Source: Tubulanus polymorphus (lineage: Eukaryota > Animalia > Nemertea). Taken from it: DNA of 64,000 bases. The position numbers and the translations under genes were made by a program. Numbering within the stretch: the stretch's first letter is position 1; each line of letters opens with the position of its first letter. Positions 51,795-64,000 of the stretch are shown one piece after another. The stretch lies in NCBI RefSeq assembly GCF_964204645.1, contig NC_134025.1, positions 11,098,001-11,162,000 of the forward strand. The letters run 5' to 3'. Below the pieces are notes generated by a model, which saw only the letters and a list, made by a program, of their open reading frames with translations, was not told where the DNA came from and did no database searches.

Positions 51795-54019
51795 AAACAT
51801 GCCAGCCTAAGCCGCCATGTAAAACAAAAGCTAGCAGGCCCTACTTGAGGTGATTAGCCATGTTATGAAGATTTGATAGAAAAACTCACAAATCTACATA
51901 CAAACCCCACTTTTTATTATCATGCGAATTAATCCTATAGCACATGCAGTTTAGGTCTGAAAAATGTAATATGTTTTTACTAGTACGGATGGACAACTTA
52001 ATCTATAGAGATTGATCATATCAACATCAACGATGATTTCAATATATGTAATTGCGCTATTCCATTTATCGAACAGATCATAAACAAAAACACAGTCCAT
52101 TCATACAATCCTGTCATATTAATAATACAGTAGTTTTTCCAGTAATGCCAACGATACTAAGGGATTGTACTTCTCGCCTACTAGGCCCTATTTCAGCGAA
52201 GCCGGTCTTTTCACATGCCCTTTGATTTTTTTAAGTCGGATAACTATGCATCATAGTTCCTCGTTTGTTATCAATTCTAAATAGAATTTTTCATTTAGCG
52301 TTTTATGCTGGTAGGGTTACGTCGAAGGTGATCTGCCTGTATATCGAGCCCGGTAATAATCGTTCCCCTATGAAATTCCGCGTTCGACTACGCAATTCAA
52401 AGATGGCCTGCACACACGAAGAATGACCAATTACCGATATGGGTGCGAGCCAATTGCATACACGCACACCACGCACACACACTGGCATTATTTATTTTTT
52501 TACAGTTAATTGCCCGTGATCGAATACACAAACGGACTACAATAAAACGTCGGGTGACCTGCATGCATCATTTAACAATCATTACAAACGACCAGACCAG
52601 GATGCCGGTCATGAATTCGATGTCCCCTTTTTTTACGTAATCGGATGACGGTTCCCATTTCGGCTGTTTGTATTCATGACTCCATTCCCTGGTGTCCGCG
52701 CGGCGCTGGCGATATGTTTGCTCGTGTCCAGCTGAGTTAACGACGCAATTTATGGCCACATCAATATCATTCCTATGATTTGCCGGTTTCACCCCGTGAA
52801 TGCCGAAATTAGAAATAAAAGGCTCAAGCCGGCTTGCGTGCATAATCCTACTGAGTCATAATTCCCAGATTTTTTTCCTATCCAGCGCGCATCGCCAACT
52901 AGCCCTGAAGGCTCGATGTGACAGCGTTTCGAAAAACTTTGCCCTGCCAAGATGGCATGGTTGTTGTTGTTAAATATGGGAGATCATCTCTAAATCTGAA
53001 GAAGGGACGAACACACTAATCTCTTAAATAGTCACTCAGTTTTTCCCACATAGGTTTTTAAGGGAAAACCACCCCTGTCACACTTACGTTCGTCCCCGTG
53101 AAAACTCCGTTGCCTTTCTCCACAAGTCGATGACAATGTACTATCAATGCTAACAAGCACAGTATACACACCTATATGTGACATAACAGAATTGACCTTT
53201 TTTCAATATTCTTGAGAGACACCCAAACCTCCGATCAAAGTAATGTCCTTTATGAATTGGATCTTGACCCTCTAAAATCCTCATAGGCGTATAGGCCTAC
53301 AGAGATTACCGTCGTTTAATTCTTTTACAAATCTCAAATTCATAACAGTAGAATACCACTAGTTATACTTGACTAACTGGAATTGTCACCTTACACATCC
53401 CAATTCCTGCGAGTCAGCACAGATTCTACTGAATGATTCATGTTCGACATCGTCGCACTGTCCACAAATAAGTGGACAGCGCGAGGAATTAAAATCTAAA
53501 TCGATTGCGAAGGCTCGGCGTTTTTAATGACGAAATTCAAAACGAAGTTCAATGATTGAAAATTTCACTCTTGTTTGGCGCGTACGAAATCAAATTCTCA
53601 TTTTTCGACGACGAACCAATCAATAAGAGTTTCAACGAAATCAATGATGGATTTCTGGCAAGAGTTGGATTTTTCGAAACCGGCACACGGCCTGATTTTG
53701 CTCCCAGGTATAATTCAATATACGATAAAGCGCAGCCTCAATTTTGTCACGCCACGCGTCGCAATTCAAATTTATGAATGGCGAAAATTGGCGAAAAAAT
53801 TGAAATGGATTGCTTGCTTTAATGAGTTGCGAGTTGGCAGAAATATTTCGAATTCAAATTTCAGGGTGAAAAATATATTGCCCTCGGTATGTAGATTCGA
53901 AGCATGGCCGAGCGGTTTTAATGTTAATATGGCCTCAAATTTTCCCTTTAGGCCTCTCCATCTCATAGGAGGAATATAAGAATGCTAAAATCTGCTACAT
54001 TACAAAGGGCCTACTAGGC

Positions 54020-54238
54020 CAAGGGCCAAAAAGAATTGAATAGATGAAACATGAATCCAAATGGGCCCTGAGAATGCCCAGAAAAGCCCCTTTTTGTACT
54101 AAACTTTCGGTGGGAGGGCCACCAGAACACCACCAATTTTTCTCTTGCAACCCTAACATTGCCAGATCTGCCCTTTTCAGATAAAGTGTCCATTCCAATT
54201 TTCAGGTCCACCCCTTCAAAGAATCCTAGATCCCTCAG
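54020..54238. mobile_element. Stacked right-end remnants of CAGGGGCGGATC-family MITEs
   Basis: CCAGATCTGCCCTT (~54162-54175) and CCCCTTCAAAGAATCCTAGATCC (~54211-54233); the latter resembles 30231-30255. Confidence 0.45.
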
Positions 54239-57200
54239 AGGTGCTCAGCTGAGCGATTGAAGAAAAATATTCATCGCCTAGGCCTACTAGGAATATGTTA
54301 GAAAATAACTTGCCTGACAGATGACTGCTGAGCGCTCTCTAGTAGCAGCTCAGGTAAGGGTTAGGTCATTAATTCAGTTAAGAGATAGGCTAGAGGGTAC
54401 GTATAATACCAAAAAATACAATGAATGCGTATACTTGAACAATACTGGACAAATGATTCTAATGCTAGGCTTTGAAATTACCCCTGCATTAAGCCTATAT
54501 GTAGTTCTCAGTCTGATCAGTTGATTTTGTCTTAATAATTTCAGTTAAAACTATTAGAATTATGAAATATGATCGTCAAGTTCTACCATATCTGCGATAG
54601 TGAATAATGGAAAAGTAATGCACTTTATATAAAAAGGCGACCGAAAACTTGGCTTTGTACATTCGAATTAGCCACAAAATATAGCTGTAGGCAATGAATC
54701 CGTTCCATCGCTCGCCTCAAGAGACTTCATTTCACCAGTCGGTAATACCGGAGCATTGAAATTCCGCATGATTTCAAAGTCTCAACATTCATTAGGTTTC
54801 GCTCTCTCTCCCTCTTTGAAATCACCAGTCCAAGTCGCTGCCATCTCTATCCGTCTTCTTATTGAGCTAGCCCTATTTGTTCAGGCAGCAATCGACAAGA
54901 CACTCAAATGGCAACGCCAGCATTCACTAGAGCGCGTTTTAAATTCTAATTTCTTTTAAAAGTGATTTTACCGACGAGAAGGAAGCGCCGGCGCGCTGTT
55001 GCAATTGCCCAGATTTTAGGCTTCTGTTTTCCCCGAGGGCATACTCCTTCTTCGTCTGCGCGCGTTGTTTGCCGGGGACGAAAGCACGCCGATCTAATCG
55101 ACAAAGAGCGCAACACAAGATGTAAAATAGGAGATGGACAAGTGCAGTGATGAGATGATGAAAGGCGAAACGTAGTAAGTTCAAATCAATTTTTTTCAAC
55201 GGAAACTTGTCAAGATGCTGAACAAACTTAGCGAACTATAAGAAATTTTTTCTTCAACACGTATCCTTCCTCGGGCATTTCATCGAAGAAACAAGCAACG
55301 AGCAAGGAATCGTATCGCTTTCTCTTATCTAAATAGAGATTTAACCGTAGTTGTGTTGTTGTTTACTGTTAGTGTTACGTACAATTACTAAACTTTAACG
55401 ACGTCATCCAAACAAATAAATGCAAACCGGTAAATTTGTTATTAGCCTGACCTGACCCTCCGTTACTGTTCCTATCTCGGCACGTAATACCATTTTGACG
55501 ATTTCAATGACATTAATATGTGTGGGTCAAAACACCAAACACACAAACATTTTGAAGGGTCCACGGAATGTCTCGAACGCGGCGATGAAAAAAATTGACT
55601 GGTACCCGCGCGCATGCATCCTCGCTTGCCGCAGCTTGCTTTTATCTTTGGCCAGCACGGACAGGCACCCGGACAACTAAATTTTGGTAATTGGAGATGG
55701 CTTGCATCAGTAAGAGAATTGATCGACAAACATCTGATTGATTTTTTGCCAATGCCCAGAGCTACATACACATATCATATACAGATGGGCATCAGAAGTC
55801 AGAAGTGGGGCAGGTGATGAAGTCGTATAGTCCAGGTGGTTTTCTATATACCATAGGCCTATAGACGTAACGCCATACATATTCAATTCTTACGCGGAGA
55901 ATCAATATCTGTTTTTACGCTCAACTACTGTTGGTTCGCAACGAGAAAAATGTAAGGTTTCGCCGCCGAGTTAGCTGAGAAATCAGTGCAAGACTGGTTG
56001 TCAATATGATTAGATAAATTATACTGCCCTTTGGACGCTTAGCCGCCGGACACTTAACGGTTTAAGAGCAAATGGCGTGAGATTTCCAATATTTAGACGC
56101 CTATTAATCTGATGATAGCATGTTAAATGGCCACTACATCACTAATCCGATATGTCCAAGCAGCTGCGACGCGTTAGCCAAGACGCGCTCAACGACGAGT
56201 GTAATGGACAGACAAACAATAATTGCCCTGCGGAAGAGAGTGCGATCTAGGAAATTATGACATCAGCAATCCGCTGACCCTTGCAGTAACTAGAGCTGGA
56301 AATTGGCATAAATGGGATTTGATTGGTAGCCACTGGCACAAAAGCGATGACCAAATGACCAATAGTGCATTAACGATTCAATAAAAGGCGTTCTGCCGTA
56401 AGCGAACACAACGAGAATAGGGCGTATTAGTTATTCAATATAATAGCATTTGCCGAGGAGACAGCCCTCCATTATTGACCGTTACCTTCACTAGATAGTA
56501 GCTCCGCCTATCCACTGCTGATCAGATGATGGTTTGAACGGTTTTATTGACCGAGTGGACGCTCGGTCATTTTGTACTATGGGTCTGAGCGGACCAATCA
56601 CGACACAGGTAAACACTGCAGTTATAATGTTACGGGCTGTGTTAAGGAGCAGGTGGCTAAATTGAACAGGTTCCGTCCTCTTTCATAACAAAAGTCGAGG
56701 AGTAGATCTATTTATTTTTCGATGGAATGAAAAAAAGCGTAAACTACACTAATCGGTCACCTGTACAGGTGCCTCGTGACCTCATTGTGGCCTCAGATGT
56801 CGATTTCGGCGGCTATACTTTTAACAATTCTATAGACATTTTGCGCATTATGCAAAAATGTGATTCATTACAGATTTATCGTTCGTTTTAATCTTTAGAG
56901 TAAATACGCCGACTGGGCCGCGATATAAGCCTGAAGATATAGATATAGTCTGCGGATATAATTTCTCGAAAATTTGTGTTTTGGTTTGGGCATGATCGAA
57001 ATAAAATACCACAAAGACTAAATACCATAAAACCTCAATAGACGTTTCTGCGCGTTCTATAACCTTCTGACGGGGTCAACCTTTATACGGGGTATATAGC
57101 GTGACACATGCATTTTTATCATGTCCATTATATCCGTGTGTTTTTTCCTGAATAGGATAGCCCGGGACGCACCTATGCATGAGTAGATCTGTTTGACGAC

Positions 57201-60200
57201 GATCATAATACATAAATAGAACTATACTTATGGCCACCATTCAACGCAAAACAACAAACGAGACCAAAAAATGCCCAGGATCTAACACAATAACCCACTT
57301 GTGAAGTGAATGTGCGTCAAGCCTATTCATGCTTGGTCAAACAACTCGACGTTTCACGAGATATTTTATTCATATCAACAGGACAGTTCTTTGGTCTCGA
57401 TTTTTTATCGGCGCGCGGTCGCCCGGACAACGACCAAACATTACGAACCGGGCGAACGATTAAAACGATCCGCCATGCGGCGTTAATGGTGACTCGGAGA
57501 AGTACAACGCCTCGGGGGGCTAAACAACGGTTCGAATTCGTACAATCTGGCTTTTTATAATAAGGGTGGACGAGTAGATTCGCGTAATAATACATACAAA
57601 ACTAATCTTAAAGACTTTCCATACCATGTTTGGCAAAATAGAATTTCTTTCGATTACTGTTTTTTTTAAAATATTTTGACCTACATTTTCCTTTTCGGTG
57701 TGGGCGTATGTACCGAAGAGACGGCCGATATGAGTACATTTGCAAGTATATGGATACTCGCTAAAACAGATACAGCAACGTCGAAACTTTTAGTGTAAAA
57801 CAAAAAATCGATCGCAAAACGAAATCAAAATGGCCGACGATAGTCTGTTTATCTATACATTACAGCCTTCGCGCAGTAATGTTAGTCCCGCTATCATCGC
57901 GGCATTGTACGACCTGATCAGGTCAACCGTTGTTGTGACCATTGTCGATGATCGGAGACCCTTCAAAGTATGTAGGTTAACTCGTAAACATTAAATAATA
58001 GAGACATGTATATATATATAGGTATATTATATCCGGTAAATTATCAAAAAAATTACAGCCAGTCGTTGATATATGTCTAGCGATAATCGCGTCACAAGTA
58101 CGCGCACATGCTGGTCGACCAGTGACCAACAATGATACAAGCCCTATTCAAAAGTTATCAATTAGACCGTTGATTATACGAGTTAATTGGTCAATTTCCG
58201 ATGCCCTAATGCCGAGTGGAAATGGGTTACGTTCCATTTTTTTTCTAAATAAACACCACACGAGATCTGGTCTGGTTCAGCGGGTTGCGATATCACACGA
58301 CGGCCACCGCAAATACGAAATAGCCTAATCATCCGCGATTGAGTCAGCGATATGTATGACTGTGTATACTTTTCTCCATTTGTAAAACATGTGAGAAGAA
58401 AAAGTACTTTATGGCAAGAAGCGCTGAATAAACCTATTTGTCCGATAACAAACAAAAAAGCACAGCCTGTATAAGCAAGGAAAAATAATGGACAGAAAAA
58501 CGCGTCCTGTGGCATGGATATATATTGCAGGCGTGTTCTGCTCCCACACCGTTCACAATGAGCTCTCATTTTTTCCTCATGCGCACGTCGAAAAATAGCT
58601 TCGGTTTAACACTCACTTCAGCCTCCGCTCTTGGGTCAGACCCAAGTTTACAGATACCATCTGACAAGTCACTGATGATCTTCCCCAAGCGGAGGTCAGT
58701 AAAAAAACGGCGGAGGCTCCCAATGGGACGTAACCCTCGAAAATAATGAGATCGGGATAATGGCATAAAGGCACATGCATTTGTCAGTCACATGTGTGTT
58801 GGACAAATTCTATTGAAAAAAAAACCGCAGGAGAAGTAATTACCGTACATACTACTTCTTAAATGTCATATTTGTAAACGTAATATATTTTCTCGAGGCC
58901 GAACTGCTGATGAGTACCGTGGTATGGTATTCCATCTTATCCCTCGCTTAAGGTCTGACATACGAACATCCTATGTATGTTACATCAGCCAGTAGCCCCT
59001 GTACGAGATAAAATGCATACCACATGCAGCGATGGGCTAAGATGCCAAAGGCAGACGGAATGGGGGCAACTTATTTATAGAGTTGACCAGAAAAAATGAG
59101 CTGATGTAGAAATACGATCCGCGTTTATGCTTTAGGTAATCCTAGTGGACTCCTGAAGCTAGAAACATGCTAGTGGGTAGAGAGCTTTGTTTATGTTACA
59201 AACAGTTCTTTATATCGATGGTCTGCGAAACAGATACGAATATACAACCGTCATAGAAAAAGCACGGTTACGTTACAGGGTAGAACGGCATAGATATGTT
59301 AGGATTGAAGTATTCTAATTTAACAATTTAAAAAGGTAAATTTCTGAGACCAAAATGTGGCAAGCTAGCATCCACAGTTATACGTGTTATTCTAGATACC
59401 TATTGGGCATATATACGAAGGTTGCGGTCTCGAATAGAATTTCTTAAATTATTCTGGGATTTGTCTTTAGAATAGATTTATTATGTTTATTCACGGAGAA
59501 TATGATATGATGGAACATCGGCATCACGAGGTATAGAAAACGAAAAACAAACACCTACGAAATCTAGAAATTTAAGTCCGTACTGACTATAACTGATATA
59601 ACATTCGGTAACACCCTAGGGCTCACCCACAGGTTAAACCAGCAGTATATATTCCACATAAAATTCTATATCAATCAAGAATTAATTACGGTGCGACTAA
59701 TTATGATCAATTATGCCTTATTAATTCCGCGAAAATGATATTCAGATATATTTCGATTGAAAATTGAGAGAGGCGTTTGAATATTTTTTTAACTAACCGA
59801 GCCCAACCCTATCCGCGTCGCGGCATGCCAGTGCCCATAGCAACAGGTATTTCTTTTTCATTCGCATAACCACAAAAACCACGGTCGTCTATTATATCGC
59901 CTACTACTGACCAATTTCGCCACCGAATGACCCTCCACCTGATTATTCAGGTTTTCAACCGGCTTTGGTTAAAATAGACACCGTTTATTTATAGGCTCGT
60001 TCGGCGGTTGTCCTATAAGAACGTCTTGAAAGCTTATTTGACCGACAGTTAGTTATGATGATGCGGCGAAAAAAAAACTCGATTCAGGTAGATAGGCCGC
60101 GCGAAATCGATTGTCCACTCGAAGGTATTGTCCGATTTGAATGGGTCCGGCGATGATACCTCCGAAAAAAATGGTCGGCACAATGTTGCCAAGGCCGAAA

Positions 60201-63200
60201 TGTGCCCGAGCTGACCAGTCGTGGACACCTGTACAGCCAGGTAACGGACCAGGGAAAACTTGACCAATGTTTTGTGGTAATAAAAGAGCGAGAGAAAAAA
60301 ATAATCAATAGTAATTATTATGAAATATTGAACGTTATCAAATTTGCCTTATTTTCCAATCATTTAAATACATATATATCAATTTCTTATGATTTATTGT
60401 CGCCGTTCGCTTTGTTCCGTTTCCGTGTCGAGTTTCGCATTATAATGATATGCAAACAGTTCAAGACCACGCGATCGCCGCTTACACGTTCTTCTCGCGT
60501 AATTTGCATCGAAATGAAATTGTGTAATTTTTCTTTTCAATCTCAATTGTTGTCGATGCTGGATATTCTTTCAGCAGACCAGCAGATGGTCACTCGTGGC
60601 AGGCCGTGCGTTTTCCTTTGTCGCTAACGACAATGACCACCATTCGTCAGCAGTTTAAATTTAACGCCATTTTTTTATTTCAATACTGAAAAGACGCAGT
60701 GGACCCCGCGGATGCATTCAGACAACACTATTTGTATTCTGTCCCGGAGGTTACGTCCACGGTTATCGCTATGCGATTTTTTATTTTGTTGAAAAATAAA
60801 ACGTATAGGATAAATCTACCCCGAGCCTTGTTTGTTTTGTGTCGAAAGTCCGTTTGGCATACAATATCAACGAAAATACCGAGGCTTGAAATCAATCTAG
60901 TATAAGGCTTATCAGCGTCGCAAATTGTCCAAATTCTTATACGTGTAAATACATAAACGGCAGAATCCATAGAAATTTGCTTTGAGATTGCACAGTTATC
61001 CCTCGAACTTAACCCTAATTTGCATACGCTTTTATGTTAGAAGCCACTTGGAGATAATTTGAAAGAAGTGTACGGCAGTATATAAGTAACAGTTAGATAC
61101 TGGGCCGTGGCCGTGTCAAGGGGCTTCACTTGACATATCGTATCTCGGCAGAATCTAGTGGGAAAATTGATGACGAAGATTCATACGGCGACGCATGATA
61201 CGTTCCGAAACTGGTCGCCCTTATAGTATCGGAAAAAACATCTACTATTAATAATTACTCGTTTTTAAGTCCCATTTATGAAGATCCAATTTCGGACTTA
61301 ATAGATTGGCCTCAGCGATTCCCACGGATATCCGTCTTCATTAATGAAGTTATACATTTTCGGTCATTGATACATCAGGCCAAATCACACCACTCAAATC
61401 CATACACACGCTGTATGCACTGCATAACAAGTATACATTGGGTCAGTAATGTCGTAATCAATATTCAAAAGGAAGTACGGTACTTATCTAATGAATTGCA
61501 TATTCGTTAATGCACATATACTTTGAAACCATCAAAAGCTTACGGTTTAGATTAACAAGAAAAATGAACAACCGTGACAAATACGGACATATCATATTTC
61601 ATACTTAGATGCAGCGCCAGGTCCATGGCTATTTAGTACAGTTTTTAACGGCAGCTACCAAAACCAAGATCCACAGTGTTGTGATGCCATCAAGCCTGGT
61701 TCATTTCCAATTATTTGACCCTGGATTTATTTTGAGACCCATAACTCCATAGTGTTACAGTTTATTTTGATTTTCACATTTTGAATTTCCGCATAAAATA
61801 ACCGAACAAACCTTCAACCGAAGACTCTGAAGTAAGCCATTTCATTTTCAAGCGTAAGAATCGAATCGAAATAACAATGTAACCGGGCAGACTGGGACTA
61901 ATGCACTGGTCAATGTTCATTCGTCATATGGTGTAATATTAGATCTCGCAGACCGGGTTCAAATAGATACCCGGTGACTTCAAGGTAGATTTAAGCCCGC
62001 CTGGATATGAAGAAATGTGTCATTCAATTCGAGTTTTAATTCAATTCATATATATACAAATATAGTGAATTGAAGTTGTTTAAAGATTTTAACAGCTTCA
62101 TGAGTTAATCAATATCTGCTTTAAGTCCAACAAAGATTACTGGGATTTTACGCCGTCTTGTATTCGGGATGCAATTTTTCCAATCCGCTGTCTTCCGGCT
62201 GTTGTTGCACCTGCGTGCTTAAATAGATTATAAACTTTTAAACTATTATGAAATATGATTATGGCTTTCTCGCTGCGTTCGAGCCATTTATTAAAATTGC
62301 CGATGACACAATGTCCAATCAACGTTCGAACCGACGACGATCGATTCGTTACCCAATTAACAATGCATTGAAACAATTAGATTTTAAGAAAGTAAATTTC
62401 CTGTCTACCAGTCATTAAGCCATCCGTCGCTAATTACTTCATTATACAGCAAGACAACTTGGTAAAAAATGTGACTGAGGTCTGCGGTGCAAAGCGCCGA
62501 TACGTGGCGTGGCGCAGACGACACGAATTTGCATGCATGTCATAATTTGTTTAGAACGAAACGGAATTAATGTTTTTGAAATTGATCTAATTTGCAGATG
62601 CCGCGACACGACCGCAATATGTTGTCGTTCAGTTCTCTCCAATATTATATCCTAATGGTCATATTTCAATTTTTAAGTTCTATTATAATTCATTAAATGC
62701 CATTAACATAGCCTGTTCGTAACGTTGGTCGACCATCAGGTGCAATTTTATGATTATCGTTTTTTCCCCGATCTTAATTCGTTTTCGGTTCGCATTCAAT
62801 TTCCAGCGTAAATGCATATCTCCGAATGTCGTAGATAATGCGTTTACTCTATCCATCAGAACGAAAGGCTATAATCACTACCGTCGGATAACGAGAAATA
62901 TTTTTCTATTAATTCTTATAATGATTGACCTAACCTAGCAATGTTGGCAAGGTGGGTGTTATTTTGTCCGAAATATGTTTGAAATAATATCACAACAAAT
63001 CGTCTTTTGCCACACACGCTGAAAAATAGGCTAAAAATTGTCCCTACCTGAAAAACGAAGCCTTTTCCTTTTCGAAGTCATAGCGACAGATACATGCACG
63101 TAACTTTTACAAGACGTAATGAAATACGATGCCTTTTTTTAATCCAACATAGAATTGTAATGATGTTATCCGCCGTGTGAAATACTAACGATGTCGCCCG

Positions 63201-64000
63201 TTGAAGTGATCTTTCAATGTTGTGAAACATTATCGAACAAAAAGCTCGTCGGTGCCTCTCTTAATGGTCATTGTATTGGCCAAGCAGTGAACTATGACCC
63301 AGTCAACCTGTCCGGCGTCGTAAAAAATCATATATCGCGTGAATAGCCCTCGAACACAACTCGGATGAGCTGACCTTCCCGCTGAACTAAAGACATATAC
63401 GAACGGTTTGGTCAGTAGATACATACAAAGTTCAAGACGTGTACTACGTATATATATGCGCATTATGATAGGATGTGTTTCTGCTAATAAAAATGACTCA
63501 TGATTTCACCGTAGATTTTTAAAAGCAATTTCGACCGGTCTTCAATGTCCACTGAACACGAGCAGTATTTTGATGGTCCGTGCAACCGTGAATGCGCATC
63601 TAAATGACCGGTAATAAATGTAAATCGCCATTTTTATTAGCCAATCGTTGTCGGCAATGACCAAAGCTCGCCTTCGGTCGCGAATATATCGTTTTCTCAT
63701 CTGACGCGGTTGTAATTTTGTAAATGCCACAGTGGAAACGGTCAAATACGCGCGGTCAAGCCGCCGTTGTCCACAAAGGCCAAATTGTTGATGATGATAC
63801 CGTCGGATTCACTGTCACTCTTCACAAACACTGATATAATGGTCGTTAATAACGTGTTTGGACAGTATTTTTTTCTTTCGCGGGACGTCTACATACAATA
63901 CGTCCACCGGGACGATTGTCGTCAATGACCAATGGAATTACAAATGATGGATTATGCTGCCTCGTTGCAATAGATTACAATATTGTTAAAAGAGCATTAG

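Noticed and set aside
53575-60627. Longest ORFs (134 aa at 53575, 128 aa at 58183, 141 aa at 60202)
   Set aside because: Random-looking composition with no recognisable motifs; these lengths are expected by chance.

Overview
Non-coding DNA from an animal genome, most likely an invertebrate; the lineage cannot be fixed from the sequence. None of the 60-141 aa ORFs resembles a known protein, and I found no rRNA, intact tRNA, CRISPR array or autonomous transposon. The window reads as a very large intron or gene desert. Its main feature is a sharp ~0.3-1.3 kb alternation of CpG-rich unique blocks and CpG-depleted blocks, clearest over ~1-55 kb. The depleted blocks hold almost all the small non-autonomous DNA transposons: CAGGGGCGGATC-TIR MITEs, Harbinger-like CWG-flanked MITEs, pogo-like MITEs, HINE/DINE-like elements and hAT-like fragments. 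Some of these are nested. The CpG-rich blocks carry enhancer/promoter-type motifs (RFX X-boxes, CCAAT clusters, Pbx/Prep decamers, octamers), and a strong CTCF-like site lies at 39.9 kb. Several candidate first exons on the minus strand suggest a multi-promoter gene whose body lies left of the window; this is inference only. All alignments and counts were done by eye.
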